Source of the DNA: Tubulanus polymorphus
Taxonomy: Eukaryota > Animalia > Nemertea
Length of the DNA: 64,000 bases
Direction: 5' to 3'
NCBI RefSeq assembly: GCF_964204645.1
Contig: NC_134031.1
Coordinates: 15,363,807 to 15,427,806, forward strand
Part shown: piece by piece, positions 13,428 through 26,772 of the stretch
How the letters are laid out: every line of letters starts with the position of its first letter
Numbering within the stretch: position 1 is the first letter of the stretch
The notes under the pieces: generated by a model
Told to the model about the DNA's origin: nothing
The model's input: only the letters and a program-made list of their open reading frames with translations
Databases searched by the model: none
Translations under genes and position numbers: made by a program

Positions 13428-15219
13428 TCAAGACACCAGTTTACTTATTCAGTATCAACGATTGGTCATTGGTAACTCCCACCACTTTCACAAACCAAAT
13501 CTACCAGAAATTTACTTGATAAAATTATCATATATATATTTATTTATTATCGGTATGTATATATATATATATTTATATATATTATTGTTAGATATATACA
13601 GTCATCATTCGCATTATCTTATCTAATCTTAACATCACATAATTATGTTTTTTTTCCTCTATTTCGAAACAATATTTAATGACTTATAAATGCATTAAAC
13701 CATGCACATGATTACTGCGGGAAAACGATATAGAAATCAGGAAATAACGCGAAAAAAAAAGACGAGCTACGGGCTCTGCTTTGAATTCCTATACTACTTG
13801 TAATCAAAGTTTGATAATATGACCCAAATTAGTTATGCCAAGCCAGTACAAAGGCTTTATTTACCTCATAAACCTACAATCGGTCTACATAGGCATGTAT
13901 TGAATATATTTCATATCGTGGCACCTGAATAGATGCTATTTCCTGTTGTTATTGTAAAAAAACAATCGGCCCTTATAAAGAAATTTCTCGCCATATCACT
14001 TCCATATCTGTGTACGAAGTAAAAATGAAATAAAGTCTGATTTTCAACGTAAACTCGTAAAAGTGAAGAATCGTTGTGCAGGTAATAATATACAACCATT
14101 GATTGATTATAAAATACACAATTCATAATAAAATAAACGAGATAATTACATACGTATTAGTGATCACAAGAACGAAAAAGAGCAAAATATCAGTGCCCAC
14201 AGTAACTCCTCCATAATATTATCAGCTCGATAACATCAAAACATACCGGTACTACGTATCTTGTTTTTCTTTGGTGCGATGTTATCAAATAGTTCATTTC
14301 CGATGTCAAACTTTTACCCGAGAACTACGAAACTCCTAGACTACGCATCATAGTCACATAAAAACCACTTCCATAACTGATTGCACTACCTCAGATTTTA
14401 CCGGTCTATCTATTTACATACAAAGCTAATTTACCCGAAGCCATTTAACAACATAAACTGGCATAATAGAAGAGTTGAATTACTCCCGAGGTTATCCGCT
14501 AAATGACCAGTGAAACTGACCTCATTACGCAACTCTAACCGGTCAGTTCGACCACCGACCATTCTCTGTTGGTAACTACCGTTCTGGGGCCAAGTTCAAA
14601 AGTTGGTTAGAATGGATAGTTGACATGGTGAAAATTTAAAGTCTATTTTTGCTACGGTATTTATCCACCGGTTGTCTTTGAGCAACTGGCCCCTGGATAC
14701 TCTATAGATATCGAATATATTTACACATCGAACTAAGCCTACCCTAAGATTCTACATTTTTGGAATGATTTTTTTTGCCATTTGAAAATCTCGAGAACGA
14801 AACCGACAAAATATGGACTCCCGACATTTCGTCCGCAGCCAGGCTGTTCTCGGATCAGGTACCGAATACAATGCATGCTAATTACTAATACACTATAAGA
14901 ATAATGGTTTGTTTGGATTTTCTTTTACACTTAAGTATTGTATGTTATGACTAGTTAGTTCAGATAACACAACCATAATCACGATCAAACTCGCTTATAT
15001 CATCATCAGATAATAAGTCGTCGAAGTCATTAAGTCATCTATTTATTTTCAGGGCCCAGTTTCACGAAAAAGTGTAAGCTTAAAACGGTTAAGTTTGAAT
15101 TTTTGCCACATGAAGTAACCAATGGCAATTACATGTTCACCAAAAATTTGAGTTTTAACTTTTTTGTGAAACTGAGCCCAGTAGCAATTCATAGCACACC
15201 AGCACACCAGATGGCGCAA

Positions 15220-15352
<133 letters not shown>

Positions 15353-15930
15353 AAATGAGTGTACGGCATAGTTTTACTGAAAAGAAAAAAGATTTGCCGC
15401 AGAGAGTTGATTCGAATTTGATTGAAATGTAGAAGAAATAAGAGCGCGGTAACCGAGCAACCACTAGAGAACTTGGTGGATCCTCACCTGCCATAAATGG
15501 AATCCTCGATTGCCACAGAAGTGGTGCCGGTACCCTGTTTACTACAAGTATAAGTCATCGGTCGATTAAGTCATCCACGATACGATCAGACCTACGATGA
15601 CTTAAGCGAGTTTGACCGCGGTACATAATAAACACGACGCAGGTAGATTCCATGTAGATGATACGTTTCGCCAGACCAATCGATTCCTTACTAAACCGCG
15701 CGCGTAATAATGTCATCTGTCGAGATTCTTTTTTTGGGATCCGATGAATTTTTTCCGTGTAAGTTCTGCGACGGGGCAACTCGCGCACTGAATTTAACCG
15801 GTACCAACTATCTCTGAACAGGGTAGTAGGGTTTTTCTGTCAGGAGTTGTCGCTGCTTTTTTCTATCACGACATCCGCGAAGTCTCTTCATTACGTATAT
15901 CGCCCTGCTGTCTGTAACTGTTTATTATAA

Positions 15931-18900
15931 CTAAAATGTGACCCAACTAGTGTTCGTTTGTTGCGAGCTGAAAAAAAATTACGAATCAACATTTATCTAT
16001 AACGTTCGAATAAAGATGATTTCAGAAGTTATTATTCAGGACCCTACAGTTGTGAGTTTAAGTTAACTCTTGAGTTGAAATCAGTTCATTTTCAATGAAT
16101 TAACTCAGGACTGTGGAACTGGCTCCAGTACGGAAGAAGATCCATCCTTTCATTCATTCTTCATTTTTAAGTCGGGTGGCGGGTTTTTCACTAATAAAGT
16201 TTGAACGATGTTATTTATACAGTAAACTATGCGTTTTAGTTGAAACTTTGTAATGTATCCTTAGCCGTAGAACGAGATATTCGCTTTCCGACACGACTGC
16301 GGTTATTGCAATGTTTCTGGCGAAATGCATTAAATTAAAAATTTCAACGGGAACGCTCGAATAACCGATAATTTCATGAAGTGCACAATAAACAGCTTCT
16401 CATACAGGGTCCCTACGGATCAGTCATTCCAGAATTCAAGGACTTTTCAAGGTGTTTTCAAGGGGAATATTTAAGATTTCGAGTAGTGTATGCATCACTT
16501 TTCACAAGTTACTCTAGACTCCTCCTAAATTGGTATTGGTAAACCATTTAATTCAGTGGAATCTGTGTGTATAAAAGTCATATGACTACTAACTAGGTCT
16601 AAAATTTTCCAATTGCCAATTTCTTAAAAATGCAAGGAGTTTTCTAACACTTTTGGACATTTTGCTCAACTTCAAGGATATTCAAGGGCCTTGAAAAAAA
16701 AATTTTTTGTTTAGAAGGAGTTTTCGAAGAATCAAGGAGTCATAGGGACCCTGTCATAAAATACAAAAAATATACAAAAAATATACGGAAGCAGGGAAAA
16801 CAGGATAAAGTGCAATACAAATACGAAGTACAAATAGATGATTTTAAACTTTGAATTATCGGCTTAATGAATGTCTGTCGAAATATCTACCGGTATGCTT
16901 TGATAGCGGAGGAACGAAGCAGTGAATATAGGTTTTATCTATAGATTTTACTTACCTAAAAGCCACCTCTGATGCACAAGAGATAGACATTATATAAATT
17001 TTACGTCGAGGGTTCGTTAGAATGATTTTGAGACAGATGGAAAGAAACGTTAACTTATTTGATTCCGATGCTTTCGAAAACGCTAGTTGAAGAGGAGTGT
17101 TATCGGTTAAAGGTAGCTCACGTAACGAAAACAAGGTACTACTTACTTGGCAGACGCAAAATCGCCCCACACGTCGGTGGCTGGAGCCGCAGGTGCAGCG
17201 TTCGCCGCGCCAGGTGCATCCAAGTCTAACAATAAATCTATATTACTCTGAGATTGAACTGTTGGTTGCGGTGGAGCTGAAAAACGAAGACGTAACAAAT
17301 GAACACCCGACCAACACAAAATCGACGACTAAGCAAAAAGAATATTCGTTTACACTTCGGGTATAGAAAAAATCTTCAAAGATTTATGAATCACGCTAGA
17401 TTTCATTTATTTCAAAAAGGCAAAGGTACAGGGTCCCTACTACAGGGATCAAACATTCCTCTGGATACGAGGGGTTTTCTAGGAGTTTAAAGGAGAATAT
17501 TTCATATCTCAAGGAAGTATCAGCATCACTTTCATTATTGTAGACTCTTCCTAAATCAGTGCTGTTTATCTTGGTAAATCTATTTATTTGGTAAGCAAAT
17601 TCTTATCCTAGACCTACCCATAGAGCTCAAATCAAATTTGAGTTCTATGACCTACCTAACCTCGGTTTCTAATTTGACTACCGCTAATAGGGTCAACGAA
17701 AGTCCCAAAACTGTACCAATTTAGGCATAGTTTAATGTACAACTACAAACTAGACAAAACTTTCACAAAATTGAAGTAGGTTTGAAATAGATTCAGGCAT
17801 TTTTTTTCAAATGAAAGGAGTTCCGAGCACCTGTAAAGGCAAATTCCATTTAGAAGGAGTTTTTTAAGGACTCGAGGAGTAGTAAGGACCCTTTGGGGTA
17901 GTATTCCAAATAAGGAATAAATTTCCATCGTTAAATCTTAAATATCGTGAGTGTGACGTATATCATATATACTTCAAAGACTGTGACTCATCTTAATTGA
18001 TTTTGACACCCGCAGCAGCGTTCATTAATTATGTATACTGGTACTGGAAGCTGATCTGTGTATGTAAATAGGTAGCAATTTGTTTAGTGACATTTCAGAA
18101 TGTATATATTTAGAGGGTATATTAAGACTGACATTGATGAGAAACACCGTAAGGTAGGTTCGCCATTAATAAGACACTAGGAATATATCTTGTGTTGTGA
18201 CAATCTTATATAAAGAGAATGCCACAATAACGAAAAAATAAAGTCTGAAAAGTTTCCTTGAGCTGGTAGTTAATTCAATGTTTCAACTTTATTCTAATAG
18301 TCATCTTCAAGAATACTGAGATACAACAGAAATTATGAAATATATATTCAATCTAGGGCCCAGTTTTATAGACTGGTATTAACTTAGCTCAACTGAAAGT
18401 GAATCGAGTTATCTCTCTGGGTTAAAGTTAATACCAGTCTATAAAACTGGGTCCAGAACGTTGAAAAACCTACAGTTACTAGCTCAAGGAAACATTTTTG
18501 GACTTAATTTTTCGGCATTCTAGTGGGATTCTCTTTAAATTACAACGAGGTAGGAGTTAGTACCACTACCACAAAGGGTAGGGGGTCATCATCTCTGAAT
18601 TGGAAAATTCTCCCCCTAAACCGCATTTCCGTAAATACAATATTCACCTTGCGATTGGACAGTTGGTTGCTGACTGAATAGATTTCCTACGGCTGGTTGT
18701 TGGGGTTGCATCTGCGCGGCTGGTGCCACAGGATGAGGATGCTGTCGACTGGTCGCACCCGACGATGGAGGCGGTTTGATTCCTCCCGGCGGGGGTGGTA
18801 GGATGCCTATAGCACCTCCGGCTCCTGCGCTCGCTCGCGGACGAGCTTTACTAGTTCCGTTGCCAGACTTCGTGTGCAGGTTCAACTTAATAGTTTGACC

Positions 18901-20640
18901 CTCTTTAAATCCTAAATCTAATTTCGGTCCCGAATCTAACGTTGACTGAGTTTCTAAATCTTTCTCTTTTTTTAACCACCTGAAAAATGAAAACGCATCG
19001 AAAAATAAATCTTCCATCTTGAAACAGGTAGGTGAGCTTTTTTGTCTGGCCCCAGTTCCACAGTTGCGAATTAAGATTTGACCCATAGTTAACTCATTGT
19101 AAATGAACTAGTTTTAACTTATGAGTTAATACTAACTAACAGATGCTTCTCGACTCACTTAAAATGGTCTTGAAGACTAACGTTAAGATCGAAAGCGTCG
19201 CTACGATCTTCAAATCCAACACCGATGAAAGCACTTCGACCTGCCAAAAAAAAACAAATCTTGATTGTTGACATATTGACAATTAAAAGTTAATTTTTAC
19301 TGTGGTATTTATCCGCCGGTTATCTTTAACAAATATTGACCAACTGGCTCCTGACATTAGATACTTTATCTGATATCGGCGCGCCGCCAAAAACTGATCA
19401 TCCAGGACTTCACCTGAGATATTTCTAATTGAAAATAACTACAAACATCAGATATTTTACCAGCATACAAAATTGATCATCAACACTAAGCACTAAAATG
19501 CTGGACTCAGTTCCACAGTTGTGAGTTAGAGTTAACTCTGAGTTAAAGTTAGTTCATTTCAATGAGTTAACTCAGAGTCAAATCTTAACTCAGAACTGTG
19601 GAACTCGACCCTGAACGTCTGAAAGGGTAGTTGCAGCCTGAAAGCTAAGACCCCACCAGCGAGATTTTAACTCATAGACCAGAATATTCAAAACGCGGTA
19701 TCTCGACTCTCAGCCCCTCATACTACATACCTGATACATCTTTAATGCGTATGACAAAATATCGACTTGAATCTAGAACACTTTCGCAAGCGGTACTGGG
19801 GTATTCCTCAATGGGAGCATTAGCGAATAGTTCACCTGAAATATCGCAAATTAATCATTGAGAATTTCATCTACCGAAAAACCACATATCTCAGTCAGAC
19901 TTTCGACAGATATGAAGCCACTGTTCTCTAATTGTACAAACCTGAGGCTTTATCTTCAAGTTTGATGCTTAAATCTTTACCCTTAACGACTACACGCATT
20001 CGACCGGTCCAGTCAGGCTGATCTAATGACCAATCAGAGGCTCTAAAAAGTAAATAGAAATTTTGCTTTTATCGAAACAGCAGTTTTCGAGTGACGAATG
20101 ATTGGGATTGTGGGGCATGCTAAACGCTAGTTCATCTGAAATCAGAATCAAAGCTGCCTCAGTTACTCAGTAGGGAGCAGTTGCATTCACTATCGGTGAG
20201 TGCCGAGTGACAAGCTGGTTCGAAATCGAGTCCTTCGGCTGCAATAAAGAATGCGGGCATTGGACCACAGTTCAGAGGCTGGCGGTGCCCTTGTTAGATG
20301 AACATGATCTACAATAGAATCTAGTCCTGGCAAACCTAGATCCTAAAGAAGTAAAGCAAAACAAACTAACAAACATGTCATATAAATTCATCATTGGTTG
20401 TAAAAATACAGTGACACCAACCCTGGCAAGTGAAATGCGGAAGTGATTTCGGTAGCAATTTTCGCCAATTATTCCGTTATCTTAAGGATAACTATCGGGT
20501 GAATAATCAAAAACTAGGTATTAAATTGAAGCCCCGTTTGTGCTCTTTTACCTGTAGCCTCTGTTCGTAGTTCTCGGGGGTATACGGTAGACGAAAACCT
20601 CATTTTTCACGCACACAACGCTCTCGTAATCCACCGACAT
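15931..20640 (-). CDS. NECAP: Adaptin ear-binding coat-associated protein (NECAP1/2), 291 aa, 7 exons
   Basis: Exons 20640-20552, 20042-19942, 19835-19731, 19240-19159, 18979-18648, 17276-17147 and 15967-15931 (876 nt). PHear domain ([18 protein letters not shown]; [10 protein letters not shown]; [28 protein letters not shown]), [19 protein letters not shown] and terminal WVTF*. Confidence 0.95.
16405..16753. mobile_element. MITE with CAGGGTCCCTA termini (second, longer copy at ~17429-17892)
   Basis: CAGGGTCCCTAC...ATAGGGACCCTG. Internal TCAAGGA-type subrepeats are shared by both copies, which lie in NECAP introns. Confidence 0.6.
18211..18538. mobile_element. Kolobok-like MITE (AGAGAAT...ATTCTCT|TTAA) with a nested ~100 bp hairpin MITE at 18356-18454
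   Basis: ~65 bp inverted ends AAAGAGAATGCCAC...TTTCCTTGAGCT / AGCTCAAGGAAAC...GTGGGATTCTCTTTAA. Related copies or ends at ~6275 and ~41630-42018. Confidence 0.55.
19503..19612. mobile_element. ~100 bp hairpin MITE family with GGGCCCAGTT...AACTGGGCCC-type ends (PIF/Harbinger-like)
   Basis: CAGTTCCACAGTTGTGAGTTA...TAACTCAGAACTGTGGAACT. Related elements or ends near 14586, 15051, 16038, 18356, 19049, 21736, 23975, 24694, 29152 and 60624. Confidence 0.6.
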
Positions 20641-20934
20641 TTTGTTCGGTTGTCAGCAAAACGCGGATCTGGACTCTTCGATATTGGTAAAATGTAAATT
20701 GCTTCCCGGAAAGCCGTGAAAATATATACCCATAATGATTTAAGATAAGATAATAGGTTGACTTAATTAAGAATAAACATCGTTTTTAACTATTTTGGGT
20801 AGTCTTTTTTATTGTTTTTAAGTGAATTGATATGTACGTCGTTTCAGCTCTGATTCTTAGTTTTCGTAGCGATCGTTGTTTATATTGGCAACCAGGAAGT
20901 GAACAAATTATCAGTTCCAAAAAAAATTACGAAA
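20641..20934. promoter_or_regulatory. Putative bidirectional promoter, NECAP (-) / ZMYND12 (+)
   Basis: Only 294 bp separate the two divergent ATGs. ETS-like CCGGAA/CAGGAAGT sites lie near both ends. Confidence 0.6.
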
Positions 20935-23900
20935 ATGACGCTAAATCCACTGGCAAATCCTAAAGGAGTGAAGCTGGTTTGTGAATTGTGTCAGAAACCT
21001 GCTTTTATTCAGTGCACCGATTGTAGAGTCACGTATTATTGGTAGGTTTTAACGAAACCAATATCTTTCTTCTCTATAGACTCTGTCAGTGACACTCCAG
21101 TGACTGTGTCACTACGTGTCTGTGACTGTGTATTACGCCTACGGTACCACCAGAAAACGAAATTGGGAGCGACTCCAGTTAAGTTGTCCTGGTTTTAACC
21201 TAACTTAACCAACACTATACCTCCTCAACTGGATGAACGGACGACCCAGGCAACAACTGCCGATTAGTTCCGGCGTATGATCGGCCTGCGCTCGGACTAA
21301 AAACCCAGCGCTCTCCTCCCAGTTCCAAGTGCCTCATCAGGACAAACTTGCAACTGCTGTTACAGATACAGATGATACTCTATTCCTTAATCACATAAGC
21401 GCCACACAGGTGACAGCTTTAACTACCTACAGTAAGATCCAAAATTGTAATATCAATTAAAAATCCTCCTTTTTCTCAATTCAGTGGCGTGGAGCATCAG
21501 AGAGCCGACTGGTTGGGAATTCATGAGAAGATATGTCAGTTACTCATACCGTTAAGAACTGCGACACCTTTCATCGCCTCAGAGGAAGATCGACAAAAAC
21601 GTCGATTTCAAATCCTTGAAAAACAGGTTCGTTTTTAAACTGTTCTTAGACTTAAAATTATTCACATGTGAAAATTAAAACCAGGGTCCAGTGCAGGCTT
21701 AATTCCATTAAAGTGGTCCTTAAAACTATGAAACTGGGGTCAGTTGTGCAGTCATGGCTTAGGTTTAAGACCAGTCTAAAGCCATTCTGGTTCTATGGAC
21801 AATCAAACAACTTCATTCTAAAACAAATATTTAAATTTAAATCATGACTATATGCAACTGGGCCCGTTGTAATTTGTTAGATTGGTTATGTAGATGGACT
21901 TAAAACTGGTCTTAAGCTAAATCTAAGCTTCTACTGACCCAGATTCTTTTTTGAATTCTCCATTCTTTATTCTTCAGAGGCAGATGATCGACCTGACGCG
22001 AACTACCGGTCAGAAATTATTATTCGAAAGCAAACATGAAGAGGCAGTTCCTGCGGCTATGCAGTCGTTACGATTTGCTATCGATGTTCACGGTATCGCT
22101 AGCATCGAATTAGTTCCTTCATATCTCATACTTGGAGAGGCAAGCATAGGTATGTTTTTAAACACTATTTTCTTAAACACTACTATTTTCACACTATTGC
22201 TAGTTTAAATTAGTGTAAAATATAGTATATGATACCTATTCGCCATGTATGTATGCAGTATAAATGATGTATGATTACAAGCAAAGGAAAAAATACTTAG
22301 TTACATACATGCCAATGGAGGCTGTGTCCCATAGGCATCCAAGCACCCAGGTATGTTTTTAAAAGCAGTGTTCACACTATTGCTAGTTTAAGTTAGTGTG
22401 AAATTTAATATATATGTGTAGTATCTATTTGCCATGTTTATATGCATTGTAAATAATATATATGTATGATTACAAACAAGGAAAAACATATATATAGTAA
22501 CACACATACATGACTGGATGCTTGGAAAGCCAATAGAGGCTGTGTTCCATAGGCATCCAAGTGCAGCACCTAAGTATGCTTTTATAAGCTGCGTTCACGC
22601 TATTGCTAGTAAGTTAGTCGTAACGTTTAGAATGTTCCTGGATCGCTCTTTTTAGTCAGTCTAAATTTGTTCTAAAAGGGATTTTTTGCTAGCGTTCTAC
22701 CATAACCAGTCGGTTGTGGGACAGGTGACTGCAAGCTTCGTCCTACCCTTCCACGGTGACAGGTGGTAATTATAATCTCAATTGCTGAATTCAATTCAGG
22801 TTAGGGATCATTCATTTATTACGTACGCATAAAATTTGAATTTTTCAACCCCCCTCCCCCTCTGTTCGTGTAATCGGCCATTTTTTAATATACATTAAGC
22901 ATTACAGTACGCAATTGCACTGACCCCTCCCCCTCCCCTAATGCGTACATAATAGATGATTGACCCCTTGGAGATGGGCATCTACCATGTTGCAGGACAT
23001 AGAGTCTTCGTCCTGCAACAAAGAGGATGTATTTAAGTTGGGTCCTCTTCTGGTATGCAGAGACTGTGCCCAAGGACTCTCACTTGCTCGATCAAATCAA
23101 TGTCCTGTGCAGTTAGCTCAGTTGGTTGAGTGGAGGACTGGGAACCAAGAGGTCCCTAATTCGAAGCTACGTACTATGCACTGCTGAGTTAGTCAGGTTA
23201 TGAGCCATAACAAGAAGGCCCTGGCCGTTTCTTAAGACCCATTAGGGTTACACTGTTACTTGCAGTTGGGACATAAAATCCTTCTAAACTAAGGTCTAAA
23301 CTCAATGGGCTAGTTTTGATCAACTGTTGGAATAGTGCAGGTGCATTGGAAGCAATTTTTGAATGCCACAGCCAATTGCCAATTTTTGACAGTTTCTAAT
23401 ATTGTCGCGGCGAATTTACTTCAATTTCGTCAAAAACGTAGTAGAGAAAGAAAAAAATTTCATTCAGTAAATTATTGCCGCCACTGCAGTTGCTACGGTT
23501 CCAACACCAGTAGTGTAAACCCTCAAATTAAAAACGTTCTGTGTGAACGCACCTATAATTGCTAGTTGAGCTGAACGAATTAAAGCAAGGTTTAAACGAA
23601 CGTCAAATATTGTTTGCTTCTCCCAGGGTTAGATCGTTTGAATCAAGCGGAACAATACTTGGCACAAGCTCAGTGGACCGTTTTGAAAACGCCCGAATGT
23701 TCAAACGCCATCAGATCGAAGTTGTACCGTAACCTCGGTTTATTGTACGCCGCAAAAGGCGACTTCTCCGAGGCTCTGAGATCTTTAGCCGATGATGTGA
23801 GTACAAACTGCTGTTTATAGAATAGTGTTAGAATTAACGGAAATCAGAAGATTGGATATGAAAGTTATTCGACCTTCCATTCAACTTTTTAGGTGAATTA

Positions 23901-25237
23901 GCAAAAATTCATAAAGCGGATGAAAAATACATAAAGAGATACATATTTTTGCAATTAGCTTCTGAGCTGGAACCAGGATCCAGTTCCAGGTTCAAATTCA
24001 TTTTAGAGTGAAAACATTGAAAGTAAACTACAGTGGAACCTCGTTACAGCGAACTTCATGAGACCAGAAAAAATGTTCGTTATATACGATAGTTCGTTAT
24101 ATCCAGTATAAAATTTATCAAATAATGTCTTACTTGGGACAAAATTCTATATTTGTTATGTCCGAAGAATCATTGTATCCGAGTTCGTTGTAACGAGGTT
24201 CCACTGTAATTCTAATTTTAGAGTCAATCGTGGAACTATGTCCAGTTGTTTTTTGACTGATACTAACTTCATCTGCAAGCGGCAATTGATAAACTTTTCA
24301 ACTGCTGCTGAAGTTTATAGTGTTATTTTCATTCAGATTTGGTATGCCTCGAATGAATTCGGAAGCGATGACATTCGAACGTCGGGCGGCTATTTTCACA
24401 TGGCTAACGTTTTCTTGCGGAAAGAAGATATGGAAACGGCAGATTCATTGTACAAAAGGGTGAGTTGTTTTACTTAATGACTAGAGCCGACTATTTCGAC
24501 GTTGATGGTTGATTCATTGAATTTATGAAAACTTCTTTCTCGTTCAGGTGTTAGATATATGGTATGATCATTTGCTTAAGATAGTGAAGATGAGGACGAA
24601 AACACCAATCGCTCCGAAGGGAGTCGGTTTGGTGGTCGCCGAAATAAATCAAGAACCGGATATTGGTTTAGGTTAGTTTTAGGTCGTTCGTTCTGGGGTC
24701 AGTTCCTCAAAGTTGCTTTAAGATAACCAATGGATAAATATAATAGTAACAACAAACGTTTAATTGTTACTATGTCAATTATCCACTGGTAAACTCTAAA
24801 TATTTTAACTCTTTTATTTTAATTTTTCAGATGAAGCGCAAGAAGCCGAAGCAAAAAAAGTTTTGAACTTGATTCAGGAAGTTTATGGACAGAATAACGA
24901 GGTGACCAAAGCGACTCTGATTAAAGTTACTCATGCTCTGGCAATGCTGTATTTCGTTCTGCGGGATGGAATCAAAGTAGGTTTTCTCCGAGCAAACTTG
25001 AAACAATCACGCGTAGCCTTCTTAATTAACTGATGAGCGTTTGAACGCTGACGCGTAAATGGAACAAAAATCTAATCGGAACAAAAATAGTGGTTTAAGC
25101 CGGTACATTTTCTTTTCCAGGCTGTAGAATTCAAAAATGTGGCGATTCGCACTTGTCAGGATTTTCCCGAAGACGACCCCGTAGCAAAAGACATTTCATC
25201 GTTTGATCGTTTCCTAACGAACGCTTCTGGTATTTAG
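20935..25237 (+). CDS. ZMYND12: Zinc finger MYND domain-containing protein 12, 366 aa, 8 exons
   Basis: Exons 20935-21041, 21485-21626, 21978-22149, 23627-23796, 24337-24459, 24548-24671, 24831-24976 and 25121-25237 (1101 nt). N-terminal PLANPKG..CELCQKPA..QCTDCRVTYYCGVEHQRADW.GIHEKIC MYND finger followed by TPR-like helices. Confidence 0.93.
22803..22968. mobile_element. MITE with GGG(A/G)TCATTCAT...ATGATTGACCCC ends and internal CCCCTCCCCC motifs
   Basis: Imperfect terminal inverted repeats AGGGATCATTCATTTATTACGTACGCAT / ATGCGTACATAATAGATGATTGACCCCT. Confidence 0.6.
23102..23290 (+). mobile_element. tRNA-derived SINE (degenerate)
   Basis: A-box TAGCTCAGTTGG and B-box-like ATTCGAAGC head. 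No acceptor stem, and non-tRNA body follows. Confidence 0.45.
24031..24206. mobile_element. pogo/Tigger-like MITE (TA TSD)
   Basis: TA|CAGTGGAACCTCGTTACAGCGAAC ... GTTCGTTGTAACGAGGTTCCACTG|TA. A second copy in opposite orientation lies at 41761-41931. Confidence 0.85.
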
Positions 25238-26434
25238 ATAGTAGACTTGAAAAACCTGATTACCATCGATCCGTCCAAGATTCAAAAGATATCTTACAGA
25301 GCAGCAGTGTGGCGTTCTTATAGTCGTTTAAACGTACTGTAATAGACTGTGATAATACTTGCGTGATTATAATCAAACGTTTCGGAAAAATTAATGTACA
25401 TATATTCATTCGCAAAAAAATGATGATGTATTTTAGTAAAATTTTTGTTGGAATTTCTGAATTACAGAACGTTATATTATTGTTGAAAAATAAACGGCAT
25501 ATTAATTTGAATAATTCGCGTTCTTTTTTGTCGATACAAAGTGCACGTACTTTTCTGCATTTAGGGGACGTTAATTATGTAGTTAATGTAGCTAGGACTG
25601 CGGCATACCGACAATGAACAGAACTTCGATTGAACTTCGATCATTAGTAATTCAAAAACAACAGCTGTTGCTGGTGATATGTATATGTATTTATATAGAA
25701 AGAAAATGAAAATACTTGCTTCTTATGGTTTACGATACACTTATACTGGAAATCATCAGACTCCTCGGAGAAACCTGTTTCCCTACCGGTATGCACAGTG
25801 ATTTGCAAGTTTTTTGTATTGTATTTTTGAAAGCTACGTCTTGAAGTACTTGGTAAGATAGACACTAGAGCTGTAGCTGATATCTCGGGAGAGCCGAGCT
25901 GGGCAGAAAAGCTGCAGTATCAGTATGACCATCGGTTTACTATGTCACTGGAAATATGAATGAAGTTCATGTGATTTATTTTGACAATAAGAAAATACCC
26001 GATCAGGACTTCAGTGGTACTAGCGAAATAAAGGATTTTTGGTAGAATGTTCACGGTCTTGTAACTGCTATCTAAGGTGTTGTTGCGAATAAAGCATTCT
26101 ACAACAACCATGTCACCAAGCGTAACCGGCTGATCACTAGCCATAGCCTTTGGCCACCACGATCACAATCATCACTGGATCTTTTACACTACGGACCTCC
26201 AAGCATATTGAGTTCCCAGGTTTGAAATCGGGAAAGTTCGGTTGTCGGGCATTTCTTTTTTCAATTAGGTGAAATAGCGTTGGAATTTAATCAATGGACC
26301 CTTCCTGGTGCAAACTCACGCATTAACTTGCTTTTACAGATGGGACCTCATGAATAGTATTTAGAGCTTAATACGATACCTAACTGTATATTGCATATAC
26401 ATATATTAACTAATCCTTTACTGCACATGTTACC

Positions 26435-26604
<170 letters not shown>

Positions 26605-26772
26605 CTTATAATGCGGGTAAAAAATCTGCCGATCTTCTGATATGTATATTGCCTGTATCTGTGATGTGAAACCTCGGTTTGTTTAGTAAAATAACATTCT
26701 TGGTGTTTAAACACAGAGAACGGCGAAGCTGCACTCTCACAAGAACTGGATCGACTGACACGAGAAAAGGTC

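Noticed and set aside
18565-18615. Alternative terminal NECAP exon ([16 protein letters not shown])
   Set aside because: It would need a 32 nt intron, which is implausibly short.
23102-23185. tRNA gene (also ~20153-20243)
   Set aside because: A/B-box-like motifs only; no closable cloverleaf or acceptor stem. Better explained as SINE heads.
25025-25062. Hammerhead-like CTGATGA-GCGTT(tg)AACGC in the last ZMYND12 intron
   Set aside because: The essential GAAA after stem II is replaced by TGAC; at best an inactive relic.
25869-26220. Possible LINE endonuclease remnant (also possible LINE tails at ~7100-7430 and ~36950-37420)
   Set aside because: Only vague resemblance; it cannot be supported without a repeat-library search.
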